Positions 1 through 11,658 of a stretch of DNA of 64,000 nucleotides are shown piece by piece. The stretch lies in the NCBI GenBank assembly GCA_010015585.1, contig ML975153.1; one strand, 5' to 3'. Origin of the DNA: Eremomyces bilateralis CBS 781.70 (Eukaryota). Below the pieces are notes generated by a model. The model was given only the letters and a program-made list of their open reading frames with translations. It was not told the DNA's origin and did no database searches. Each line of letters starts with the position of its first letter. Position 1 is the stretch's first letter. The position numbers and the translations under genes are program-made.

Positions 1-215
1 GGTCAGTCCTGATGACGAGTTAGGATCGTACGGGTGCAGAGACGGCACAGAGAGACTTACTTCCGTAATACCTTGCGCTCCTCCTCGTCGGACCAGTCCT
101 TTACAATCTCGTTGTGTTCGGGGTCTGACAGATGGCTGCCATCGCTGCTGGTCTTGGCTTGGACGGTGGTCTCAGCCTTGTCGGCCATCTTCTCACTGGA
201 ATGAGGAGAAGCCAT
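1..215 (-). CDS. MFS transporter, allantoate-permease/anion:cation symporter type (5' end only; runs off window)
   Basis: ATG at 215 gives MASPHSSEKMADKAETTVQAKTSSDGSHLSDPEHNEIVKDWSDEEERKVLRK; GTAAGT intron 60..9 with CTAAC branch, then TD. The 'W..EEE+K++RK.D' opening is typical of Dal5-like fungal MFS proteins; divergent from TauD. Confidence 0.7.
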
Positions 216-457
216 GGTGCTGCTGAATGTGTTTGGCGAAGAAGGAAAAAAGGAAAAAAAGTTGCGATGCTCCCCTATGGACAGTAACGACAGTACTTTG
301 GCGGTCTTATCCGAAATAATTCTGGGAGCGGGTGGATTTTATAACAGTGGTCGACATTGGCAAGCACACGGTCAGCCTTGCTCAGGAGGTGGTGAAAGGT
401 AACAACCACAACGGTGGGCGGGGACATGTTAGCGAGGATAACGTGTATGATGCTATT

Positions 458-467
458 ATGGCATCAT
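458..467. promoter_or_regulatory. CYS3/MetR-type bZIP site ATGGCATCAT in the MFS/TauD divergent promoter
   Basis: Exact match to ATGRYRYCAT; a variant ATTGCGCCAT lies at 992-1001; flanking genes are sulfur-scavenging types. Confidence 0.5.
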
Positions 468-1182
468 CAGGTCGAAAAAGTCGACAGAGCCAGGAGGTTG
501 GCTGGCGTAGATGGTATATAGAAGAATGTAGCTAGGTAGCGTACTCGCTTTTGGCATGGACAGGCAGGAAGAGCCATAGCTAGGCGAGAGGCGAGTAAGA
601 CAGACGGCAGGATGGATGCCGTACTGTGGTTGCAAATTGTAATGCATCTATCAGGTTGGTAACATGTTGGTTGTTCTGCTGCCAGACGCCATGAACCACG
701 GTGATGTGACTCGAGTCAGGATAATGATAGTTGCCGCTGCATACTAACCTCGATTAGAAATATAAGCGTGTTGGTCTCAGGTCTGTAAAATCATTTCAAA
801 CTAGTTTAGCCAAGTCCCCACTTAAATATAAGTAGCGTGAAAGGGGGTGGCTAAACTAGTCTAGTCGCCCCCCCTGCGTGAGAGAGGCAGGGCAAGTACG
901 GTTCATGAGATGGAGTAACTACACCATACGCACCTGCCTCGTCATCTCCTGCTCTGCCTGGGAACGACAGAATGGACCATATCGCGCTCTGATTGCGCCA
1001 TTCAAGCTAGCAATAATCCCATGGCTACGACCCCAAGACGCCAATACCAGGGAGTCAGACATGACCGACGCCGGACCGATGACACTCCATCTTCTACTCA
1101 TATAAGAGTGTCATTGTGACAACCCAGAGCATGAAACGTCCCTGGTTACCAGTCCAGCACCCAGCACCCAAAACCCAGCACC

Positions 1183-2370
1183 ATGTCTCCCGCAGCAGTA
1201 GACATTGCTAAGGCTCTCCCCATCATTCCCAAGGAGCAGACTGAAGATGCTCCCCCAACCGTTCCAGATGTCCCAAAGCCTGTGACTGGCCACAAGGAGC
1301 CCCTGAAGCTCAGCGGCGCCCTCGACCAGTTCCAACAGTTTGATGTAACTCCTGTCATAGGCCGTGAATTTGTCGACGTCGATCTGGCCGAGTGGTTGAA
1401 TGCACCCAACTCTGACGAACTACTCCGCGACCTGGCCATTACAAGTAAGAACTCACCCACCCACTTGGCCTGAATCCGGCATCTAACCAGTTCTTTAGTC
1501 TCCCAGCGTGGCGTCGTCTTCTTCCGCAAGCAGGACAACCTGACGGACGAAATCCAAAAGCGCATCACCCAGCGCCTAGGCGAACTCACCGGAAAGCCTG
1601 CCACATCCACCCTCCACATCCACCCACTCGCCAACTTTGTCAACCCAGAAGACCAACTCATGGCCACCGTCTCCTCGCGCCAGATGGAGAAGATGTTCAA
1701 CAAGTACATGGACTTGGCCCAGACGCAGACGCACCAGTGGCACTCAGACATAGCCTGGGAAGCCCATCCCGCCGAGTATTCCTTCTTGCGCATGAAGGAG
1801 CTACCCGTGACCGGCGGCGACACGCTCTGGGCCTCGGGCTACGAAGTTTATGACCGCGTCTCGCCGCCCTTGCGCGCCTTTTTTGATACGCTGACGGTGC
1901 GCATCTCGCAGCCCCAATTCAAGGAAACGGCCGAGCGCCTCGGCTTCGACCTTGTTAATAGCCCGCGCGGCGCGCCCGAGAATATTGGTGACGAGCACTC
2001 GTCGATCCACCCATTCGTGCGCACCAACCCGGTTACGGGCTGGCGCAGTATCTTTCCCTTATCATCGCTGAACAAGGAGATACAGGGGCTGTGTGCCGCC
2101 GAGTCGCAGCGCTTCCTTGACTGGATGGTGCAGCTAGTTGTCGAGAACCATGACTTGCAGGTGCGGCTGCGGTGGCAGAATGCGAATGATTGTGCGATTT
2201 GGGATAACCGATCCGCGTACCATGCGGCCACGCCTGATTATATCGGTCTGGGACTGGGGGCGCGCTTGGGGTCGCGGACGACGGGGGTGGCGGAGAGGCC
2301 GTACTTTGATCCGCAGAGCACCAGTCGTCGGGAAGCGCTGGGTGTGGATGATGTTCAACGGGCTGCGTGA
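1183..2370 (+). CDS. TauD/TfdA-family alpha-ketoglutarate-dependent sulfonate dioxygenase
   Basis: Exons 1183-1444 and 1499-2370. Motifs DVTPVIGREF, ISQRGVVFFRKQ, WHSDIAWE (HxD), GGDTLWAS, HPFVRTNPVTGW, IWDNR..YH.A. Confidence 0.93.
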
Positions 2371-2592
2371 TTAGGTAGACAGACTGTAGATGGCAAATCA
2401 AGAATTTCTGATTGGATTTGAGCCTCAGCCTTGCGTGGATTTAATTACCGCTAGCGTTAGTCTCAGCCGCATGTTGCGGGAAGTCTAGCCTATACTGTAT
2501 TAGTGTGTACACTAGTATTAGCCGGTGCAAAGTTTGTGGATGCCAAACCAGACTACAGTACTATGGTATAGTGATAAGGCGCTTGTCGCTTC

Positions 2593-2690
2593 TCGTTCTT
2601 CGTTCTTCGTTCTTCGTTCTTCGTTCTTCGTTCTTCGTTCTTCGTTCTTCGCTCTTCGCCCTTCGCTCTTGCTCTTTGTTCTTCGCTCTC
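2593..2690 (+). repeat. (TCGTTCT)n heptamer minisatellite, copy 1
   Basis: 8 perfect units at 2593-2648 followed by degenerate units. Confidence 0.9.
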
Positions 2691-2771
2691 CACTCTCCAC
2701 TCTCTATCTTTAAAGCCATGTCGGCCCGTTTTTAGCTACTCATAAGTTAAAAATAATTAAATTCCTCATTA

Positions 2772-3006
2772 TGTTATGGTCCCAGGCCTGCGGCCTGTTC
2801 CCTTGGTTGTGGCTGAAGAGGTGGCTGATGGATTATATCAGAGAAGCAAACAAACATGGTAACACAGCATTAGGGCATTGGAGAGGAGAGTCGCTATCTC
2901 GCGCACAAAGGTGCCGGGAGATTTCTTCTCTCTCTCTCTCTCTCTCTCTTCAGTTTAGATTAATGGAACTTGGTAATCGCAGACCTTGCGCATCCAGACC
3001 GTGTCA
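2772..3006. mobile_element. Solo LTR, family A, copy 1
   Basis: TGTTATGG...CCGTGTCA (TG..CA ends), 235 bp, internal (CT)n; near-identical to 9304-9530. Confidence 0.8.
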
Positions 3007-5007
3007 GTATATAATAATAAGAATCAATTTAACGTACTATCTGGATCCCTTTCGGGTCTATGAGCACGGCATTCTATCTGGTCTGCCGCGGGCAAAAGTT
3101 TCCCCGTAGGCCGTAGCCCTGAGGCTGGGGGTACACAAAATCCCGCCTCCTCCCGCATCGATCAGCCACCTTGCTGCGTGGCGCACCTTGTCCCTGTCAT
3201 GCAATATCCTCTTAAAGTCCGTTGTTCCAGCTCATTGGAGGAGCGCGATCCTCTGGTCGGTCCGCTGCGGGCAAAATGCAAGGAGATGGTAGAGAGACTG
3301 TCGGGGGGCCCCGCACTCACACGCTGGGTGGATTCCAGGGACACCAATTTTCGCGAGCCATCCTTTAACTCCAACTACCTCAGTCCGTAGTGCCATGAGC
3401 GCCGAGGCCTCGTGTTTCTGAAGGCCGTCGTACCGGTTAAGGCACTGGGTTTCCCACGGGTCCTTCCATGTCCTTGCTCTCCTTCCTAGTCTGGCCGCTT
3501 CGGCTTGCCATCTCTCCCTCCATTTCGCTCGATACTCGTCCTGGATCATCCGGTGCGGGCCTTTTCGCTGTTATGTCTGATATCCCCTAACTTGTTCGGG
3601 CCGGGGGAACAGAAGTCTGTCATACTGGGTCCGAAGCGTACACATCGCGGGTTCAGGTTTAGACCGGATACGGCGGGGTCGGCCTCGAGTTCGTCTCGGG
3701 GGAGCAGAAGCAGCATCCCAGACTTGCATCAGGGCTCCCTCAATCTGGGTAGTGACCTTGTGGGAGTTCGTCGATGGTGCTCTTTGGGCGGCCCGTTCTT
3801 GGACGTAGAGTTCGATTGGGGGAACGTCCGCCTCTCTCTCAAGCGCGGCGATTGGTGTCCGTTTGTAAGCCCCTAGGATCTTTCGTAGACACTTGTTCCG
3901 AACCTTGGCTAGGTCCTTCATTTTGCCTTCAGAGATTGGCTAACCCTGCTGACAGACTCCCCAAATAGGGGCGCCGTATGTCATAATGGGCCGTGCAACC
4001 GCTGTGTAGAGCAGCCTCGATTTCCGGACGGATGGTCCATATACCGATGAAGTTACCCTCGCCAGGGAGTCGAAGGCCTTAAGTCCCCTCTGTGTTGCCC
4101 GGAGGATATAGTCCTTCTATGAGAGGGAAGGGTCGAGCCAGACTCCCAGTACCTGGAGGGATGTAACTAATTCAGCTTGATGTCCCTATATTTGGATCGT
4201 GGACCGGAGATCAGCCGAAATATTGCGTTTCTTAGTGAAGTGGATAATCTGGTACTTATCCGGGGCAAATTTAGCCCCGAACCGTGACGCCCATTCCAGG
4301 CAAGTATCGTGGGCCGCAGTTAGTCGTTGGCAGTTAGCTGCTGCCGTATCTCCCCAGGTAACCAGTGTAGTGTCATCAACGAACCCGAACCCGAGCACGT
4401 TACCCTGAACATCTTTAAACTGTTGTAGTAGGTCAGATATAAATAGGATAAACAGCGCGGGTGATAGGGTAGATCCTTGCGGGATCCCAGTCTCCGTGTC
4501 GAACCAGCGGCTCTTAAAGTCCGAGAAGAGGATCTTTGTTCGCCGTCCGGTTAAGAAAGATGCGATCATCTGGACAATCCATTCGGGGTATCCCATCCGA
4601 CGAAGGACCCAGAACAGCCGGGGGTGAGAGACGTTATCAAAAGCTCCAGCAAGATCAAGCCCAAGTACGGATACTACTGACTTCTTTGCGTGCCACGCCG
4701 TCTGTATAGTCCCGGTAAGGAGTTCTATGGCGGAGAGAGTGGATCTCTCCTTCCGAGCTCCCATTTGGTTCCAGGGAATCAGGTCTCGTGTTTCCGCTTC
4801 GGTGATGATTCGATCTGCAAGGATTTTCTCGATTAACTTTGCGACCGTGTTTTCAAGAGCAATAGGGCGGTAGCTGCTTGGGAGTGAGTAGTCCTTTTTC
4901 TTCTCCTTTCTTAGTACCACCGTGGTAGATTCCTTTAGAACTGCTGGTAGCTCCCCACTTCGGAAGAGCGCGGTGACCGTCCGGGCTAGGTCTACGGCTA
5001 GGCAGGA
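3007..5007 (-). mobile_element. 5'-truncated Tad1-like LINE (RT plus C-terminal CCHC of ORF2), inactivated
   Basis: YRPIALENT, DLAGAFDNVSH, GIPQGSTLSPALF, GFVDD, CECG...HLLAFCP all in one frame broken by five stops (4186, 4117, 3940, 3571, 3232); (TTA)n-like tail near 3010-3020. Confidence 0.9.
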
Positions 5008-5453
5008 CATTATATTGTATTTGTATACAATCGCAGGTTTCACCAGTCTGCCTATCCAGACTCCTGCAACAGTTTTCTGAGCTGTACCATCTGTACTTTA
5101 CTCTTCTACAGTCGCCCCCCTGTGTAACGCCTGTTTGCTCCCTAAGCATACAACACCAGCGTTCCAGCCTAATTACGACTGGTCCTGTCTCTCTGTATAC
5201 CGACACGCGCATCCGTTCTCTCGAGCCACGTGGTAGTCTCTCCGGCCGGGGTTTAATCCCGTCTGCTTTCAGATTCACCAAGGGTCAGAGCCAGCAGTGG
5301 CTACCACGTACTACGCCCCGCGACTACTGTAAACAGTAGCCGTTTCGCGTTGCCCATAGAGGTCTCCCTCTGATGGGCCGACTGTGTCTTGCAGGATAAG
5401 GCAGTACGCATTCGTTCCGCTCCGGGCAACGCAAGCCGCCTTATCCTACTAAC

Positions 5454-5638
5454 TGCGATGGAGTGGACTTCCACCATGAACAAGTCACCAGATTTGGGTC
5501 ACGGGACTTACCACTTCATCACTTGTAGACTTTACAACCTCCTGTTGACGTAGACGTAGATTCTTCCCTCTTCATAGATGAATCTAACTTATTACGTTAC
5601 TACCTTGATTTTACATCATCCAGTATCATTCCGTGACA
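5454..5638. mobile_element. Solo LTR, family B, copy 1, with 5-bp TSD CTAAC
   Basis: TGCGATGG...CCGTGACA, 185 bp; CTAAC at 5449-5453 and 5639-5643; 7 differences from copy at 9035-9219. Confidence 0.9.
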
Positions 5639-6599
5639 CTAACCAAGCTCGTGTCCTCCATCATCTTAAGTTGGCCCGTGATTCTCCCATTGTATAGATC
5701 CAAGCGACGGGTCTGTGTCCCCATCAAGCCTCCATCAGGAGCATACCTGTGTTTCCCCTCTATCGACTGGCCTGTGACTCCAGTTCCGTAAGCTGTCGTG
5801 CTTGTTACGCCCGGTAAGCTCGTGTCGTTGTGGTATTAACAGGTTCCGATAGAGGGGCCTTAACAAGCGCTCCCGTTGCGAAGAGGCCCTCCGGCGTTAA
5901 CAGAGTTCGCCTAGATTTATACAAGTTAGCCTTAACGAGTTCTTTAGAATTAGGATTGTTCCAAAGCCTCGCTACACGCAGCTCGTTGCTCACGCGTAAC
6001 CCCAGAGTAGGCGAGCCTGAGGGTGTCCTGTTAGAGGCCTAGGACGCGTCCTCATCCACCTAATGATAAGTCAGGCTTCCGGATCCAGCTGCGAGCTAGA
6101 TAGACCCCTATCGGATGGTTTTCGTATCCCTTTGTATCCCTCAAGAGGCCTCCCTTGATGAAAGGACACCGTGTCTAAGCGGAGGCAGTAGACACAGTCG
6201 TGCTGGTGTTGGTGGTATGGCGATACCACGCTCAACACCTGCGACCTGCACGCGCGACGCGTGCGTCTCTCTCATCGCCACTGTACTTACCCATCAATAG
6301 AGAACTCTTCTCCATCAATGTTTCCACCCGCGGCGACGTGGACGCGTACAGTTGGTATCACCTTATATACGCGCTTTTTTGCTTATAATATCACATCATA
6401 ATTATTCTTAAGTAGTTAATGCATTCCCTAGGCCTTACCGAATTAAGACTAATCCATCCTCTCTCTTGATAACTCCAATGGTGTCATATACCTGGTTATA
6501 ATCGTCTTCACTTCTATTAGACTTTGATAGTAATTATAAGCACGCTAATATGCATCATAGAGGTAGCCCAAGTCTATATATTATCCCCCGCCTTTGCTT

Positions 6600-6680
6600 T
6601 CGTTCTTTGTTCTTTGTTCTTCGTTCTTCGTTCTTCGTTCTTCGTTCTTCGTTCTTCGTTCTTCGTTCGTTGCTCTTCGC
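6600..6680 (+). repeat. (TCGTTCT)n heptamer minisatellite, copy 2
   Basis: About 9-10 units, six perfect at 6621-6662, directly upstream of the TF start codon. Confidence 0.9.
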
Positions 6681-6714
6681 TCGTTTGCCTAGTCCACTAT
6701 ACCCCATCAGAACT

Positions 6715-8101
6715 ATGCGAAAACCACATGCTAAAACTAGAACGGGATGTCTTCAATGTAGGCACCGCCGCGTCAAGGTACTGCATGTTCTCTCCGTCAT
6801 CCCTTATTCCCGTCTTTCGTCACACACTCTCCTGATATCGCCATCGTCCATCAACCGCTCATCATGCTCGCTAGCTAACCTGCCCTCAACTGTAGTGCGA
6901 TGAGGGGAAGCCGGCCTGCTCCTATTGTGCCAGATACTCGAGGGCGTGCAACTATACCGCCGCCGCCGCTACACCCTCCACGTCTTTACCACTTTCCCTA
7001 TCACCGTCGACATCATCAGATAGCCATGGCACCACATTAGACAGCAGTGTGTCCGCAATCACAACCTTCCTATCACATTCCTTGGCCAACGAACCACCGG
7101 ATACGAGCTATGTCTACTCTTCAGACCTGGACATGAAGGCCTTGGAGTTGCTCTACCACTACACCGCCCAGACATACCTCACTCTGACCAGAAACGAGTC
7201 CCAAGTCGAGCTGTGGCGAGTCACCGCCCCCAATCTCGCCTTCAAAAGCCGTTTCCTCATGCGCAGCCTCCTGGCCATATCCGCTCTACACCTGTGCCAC
7301 TTGCAGCCGATCCGCCACGAGGAATTGACCCACGCCGCGGCCTTCCACATGAACCTGGCCCTCGGCTACTTCCGCTCTGATGTCACCGATATGACCAAAC
7401 AAAACTTCGAGACCGTTTGCGCCTTCTCCTGCTTCGTCAGCATCTACGGCATGGCCTCGTGGCAATCCGCCGACAGGCGCCTCCGCTCCTCACCCACCAG
7501 CACCAACAAACCGCTGCACGATTTCCTCGAGCGCCTCCACCTCATCCGTAGCACCTTCTTCCTCCTCTCGTCAAAAGCCGACTGGGCCAACACGGGCGCC
7601 ATGGCCCCGCTCGCACACACCAACCTCTCCGTCAACTTCGCCACGAACCCGGACGACCACCGCATAGCCGCGCTACTCCAGCTCGTCACCCCGCCCGACT
7701 CGGCCTCACCCGCCCGTAAGGAGCAGTATCGCGTCTACCGCCACGCGCTCGACCGTCTGCGCATCACCTGCGCACTGTGTACGTCGACCGAGAACTCATT
7801 TAACAACGCGGCTCCCGTTAACATCTGGATATCGAGTATATCCGAAGAGTTTGTCCAGCTGCTGTACGAGGGACAGCCAGAGGCGCTGGTGTTACTGGCG
7901 CACTTGTGTGTGGTGCTGAAGCAGGTGGGGCGGTTCTGGTTTATGCATGCGTGTCCGGAACGGCTGGTGACGACGATTGCCGATATGTTGAGTCATGAGT
8001 GGAGAACGTGGATTGAGTGGCCGTTGAGGGAGATTGTGGGGAGGTGTCTGTGTCCGCCAGAGCTGGAGGGGAGGACGCTGCCGATTCCTATCAGATGCTA
8101 A
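6715..8101 (+). CDS. Zn(II)2Cys6 transcription factor, Upc2/Ecm22-like architecture
   Basis: Exon 6715-6777 MRKPHAKTRTGCLQCRHRRVK, intron 6778-6895, then CDEGKPACSYCARYSRAC in frame with ORF 7049-8101 (LELLYHYT, FLMRSLLAISALHL, PEALVLLAH, WIEWP). Confidence 0.9.
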
Positions 8102-9034
8102 GATGCTAGTGCCAGAGTTGGATGCATGGCCATGGGCCTGATTTCGATTTTATTTAAGGCAACCACTGCGATAACATGGGTCTCCGACCCAATGCCTCTA
8201 CCTGAGTTATAATCCAGCATGTTCGTAAATAGACATGGTAAGTCTGCGTGACCATTCCCTTGCCCGTTCACCATGATACTGATGAGAAGCGTTCTAGGGG
8301 ACCTATTCTGATTGAGGAACTGGCTGGGGTGGAAACAGGAGCTGAAAAACTGCCTAAACCTGCTGCTCTCGGGAGTCGGTAGTCACTGAACGGAAAGCCA
8401 TATCCATGGCTACGTCTGTACGGGTAGACTACGTGTCTTTGCAGTCTCAGGAAGCCAATTACCAGCCTGGTTCTCTATTCAAGGGCCACCACAACCTTCC
8501 TTTGGATAGACTATGTGGCGGAACGTTCAAGCAAGCATTCATGCAGAACATTAGGTATTTAGGGGTGCTTCAGGCCTACCTACTTCTTAAGAGCTCAACA
8601 ACCATTTGCAGACCTCAAGGGGCCAGAGGTACCTTGCGATACCGAACCACCTCAGCTCCATCCTCCAGGATAGTCCTCTCTCTAACAAGCTTGTATCCAC
8701 CCAATCTCAGAACTAATTTGAGCTATACTGCCCAGTAGACGATACCCAGCAGCAAGTGTCATGGGCCCAAAACACGAAGGATTTGGTAAGCTGGTAACGC
8801 TGTTGAATTGCTAAAGAGGAAAGGAAAAGATCTCTCTCACGATCTACTATTTACATCTGTGGCCAAACGGTCTACCTATCCTTCCTGCCTTAGGCCACAA
8901 GGCCATAATACATAGACTGGGCGAAGCCTAAGACTATTATAAAAGGTCTCTCCTCCCTTTTAGGGGGGCCGTCTCTCTCCTACCCTTAACGCTTCGGAAG
9001 CAATGTTTCGGCCCGTCTAAGCTTCGTAGTTATC

Positions 9035-9219
9035 TGTGATGGGGTGGACTTCCACCATACACAAGTCACCAGATTTGGGTCACGGGACTTACCACTTCAT
9101 CACTTGTAGACTTTACAACCTCCTGTTGACGTAGACGTAGATTCTTCCCTCTTCATAGATGAATCTAACTTGTTACGTTACTACCTTGATTTTGCATCAT
9201 CCAGTATCAATCCGTGACA
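9035..9219. mobile_element. Solo LTR, family B, copy 2, with 5-bp TSD TTATC
   Basis: TGTGATGG...CCGTGACA, 185 bp; TTATC at 9030-9034 and 9220-9224. Confidence 0.9.
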
Positions 9220-9303
9220 TTATCTAATGCGATAGTATCTTAAACTATCGTGATATCCTCCCACGTCGGGTCGGCGTAGCCGGTCTATTAGTATAGGTAT
9301 TAG

Positions 9304-9530
9304 TGTTATGGTCCCAGGCCTGCGGCCTGTTCCCTTGGTTGTGGCTGAAGAGGTGGCTGGTGGATTATATCAGAGAAGCAAACAAACATGGTAACACAGC
9401 ATTAGGGCATTGGAGAGGAGAGTCGCTATCTCGCGCACAAAAGGTGCCGGGAGATTTCTCTCTCTCTCTCTCTTCAGTTTAGATTAATGGAACTTGGTAA
9501 TCGCAGACCTTGCGCATCCAGACCGTGTCA
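9304..9530. mobile_element. Solo LTR, family A, copy 2
   Basis: Direct repeat of 2772-3006, differing by one substitution, a 1-bp indel and (CT)n length; no TSD seen. Confidence 0.8.
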
Positions 9531-10503
9531 CCCTCAAGCCCTAGCGTCACCAGATAATTAATTGATAGGCATACCGGACAACAAAAAGATGGCATGTGCA
9601 CGGAGTATCCGTGCCCCATGACCGCCCCACAACCGGATAAGTCTCAAACATGTCCACATCCCCAGGACGTCAACCCTTTCTTCGCCTCACCATCTAACCC
9701 GCTCCAACCTTCCGAGTCCGCAGCAAAGTTCTATCATGGTACACACAGCCGCTCATTCGACTGGCTTGGCCATATATTCGATGAGTTTGGACTCGGCCTT
9801 ACAAGTTACCTTGTCGCAAAGGGAAATGGGGAGAAATTGCCTAACGGTTCTCCAAGTCCCTGGCCGATGTCGCTAACTCAACTGATTTGGCCGACCTGAC
9901 CGACCGAGACAAGATCATCCCCATAAGAATTGGCGGTTGTGCCCATCGTCAACCCCTCCCTGGGCTGCTATTTCTACTCGATGCCATCCATCATCGCCTC
10001 TTTACACCACAGCCCTGCAGTGGTATTGTTCTTCATCATACTCCCTGTAAGCCCCTATCACATGGGAAGGAAGTATTCGCCCAGATATGTAGATCCTGCG
10101 CCACATCAACACGCCAAGCAAACAAAACATCCGTGCTAAGTCTGCAAGGGTTCATATTGCCCAACCACGGATTGATGTTATGGAACGTGGTTTCGACTTG
10201 TTCGTGCCCTGAGCATTCAAATTTCAATGTGCACTGCCACACGAACATGCTACTCGTAACTAGTTAGGATAGACATTGAATTATGCAAGCGTACGGAGTA
10301 CACAATTGACGAAACAGTTATGAAGGATCTGCCAAGGACTACCTAGTGAGTACCTATGGAACATCGCTCAGGGATCTGTGCTTTGACTTCGGAACCATTC
10401 TCCATTGACCGTTAAGTACAGAGCTCCCCCAGGAAGTTATTGAGGATGATAGACTTCGACAACATCAAAGGACCGTGTTCCGGAAAACCTTCCAGATCTC
10501 GCG

Positions 10504-11658
10504 ATGGAGGGTGAATCATCAACCCACTTGGGTGCACTAACAACAGAGTTCACTCCAGCGCCGAACTGTGCGACCCAGAGCGTCGGTAGGAACAACGTCC
10601 TAGAATGGGGCCGTATCTGTACGATGACCTCCGGCTCTCAATCGCTGGAAATTTCAACGTCGTGTTACCCTCCTAGATACGGTTCCTTTTTCCAGTCTCC
10701 CGGGCTATGGGTTTTACTCTCCTGGACTGAGCTGTCCGTCCGGACAGTGACGGACACACATCCGCCTGCACAGTCACGCGACAGGAAGGCGATCAGGCAC
10801 CGACCCCTAGCGCATCGGAAGATACTATATCGAGGGATATTTGGAGCCGGTTGTCAGTTGGAGAGACGGAGATTGGCTGCTGTCTAAGGTAAGCAAACTG
10901 TCGTTTAGTTTCCATTATATTCAAGTCTTTAGGGATGGGTATAGTTTCTAGCGAACCAAGACAGCACGCAAACCTACGGAGAGCTACCTTCGCCGGCTCC
11001 TCGAAGGCCATGCAATGATTGACAATCATCTAGTGGCTACAGCTGCCTCACCGACGACTCATACCGATGTACCTCGTTTATAGCTGGTGGTGAAGTCCTG
11101 TCTGGAACTTCGTATGTAGAGAGTTGCTCCGCTGTCCAGACTACCATTACCGTCCCGGCCACCTCGACTGGCCTCGCCGTTGAATACCGCGTCAATTTGG
11201 TTTTACCGGCCAGCGCAACACCCATCTCCAAACCTACCGGTATACCTAGCTCCGAGACATCAACAAGTCCAAGCGAGTCATCATCCCCACGCTCTTCTGG
11301 GGGACTCGCTACAGGCGCTAAAATCGCGATTGGAGTTGTTATTCCGGTCGTCGTCATTGGCGTTGCGGTTATCTTGTTTATTCTCTGGCGATACCGGAAA
11401 CGGACCCAGGCTGGAAAATCTGATGCCAACCCTCAACCCGGCACCCAATGGGAGAAAGCAGAATTAGAGGGGAGTTCTAGGAATATACCCGATGGCAGTG
11501 GAGCAGGGCCTGTACTCAATACTAACCACCCCGAGTTGGACGGAGGCGCAACTGGGCCCCCATCCGCAGCGGCACCCATTGCAGAACTCGACGCTTCGCC
11601 TGAACTTGGAAGGGTTGCTGAGCTACCGACGGCAGTGGTACATATTAGTAGAGGTTAA
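10504..11658 (+). pseudogene. Frameshifted single-pass membrane protein (Cys/Ser/Thr-rich ectodomain, SKG6/Mid2-like TM)
   Basis: LTTEFTPAPNC..SCYPP, GFYSPGLSCPSG, HTSAC..ETEIGCC, intron 10889-11033, SGYSC, then TM GAKIAIGVVIPVVVIGVAVILFILWRYRK and AELD repeats; needs shifts at about 10702 and 10745-10751. Confidence 0.65.

Noticed and set aside
2593..2690. Heptamer array as CRISPR or telomeric repeat
   Set aside because: No spacers, eukaryotic context, and not TTAGGG-like.
2505..2735. ORFs with (FFVLRSS)n or (TKNEERR)n repeats, also at 6524-6835
   Set aside because: Translations of the heptamer minisatellite.
5013..6500. Degraded coding-like sequence around LTR-B copy 1
   Set aside because: No family motif recognisable in the frames I read; left unannotated.
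8757..9583. Possible third LTR hosting nested B and A copies (TGTCATGG at 8757 or TGTTG at 8801, CAACA at 9583)
   Set aside because: No TSD and no second copy in the window; boundaries unsupported.
9540..10300. Short ORFs after LTR-A copy 2
   Set aside because: No motifs or coherent splice model.
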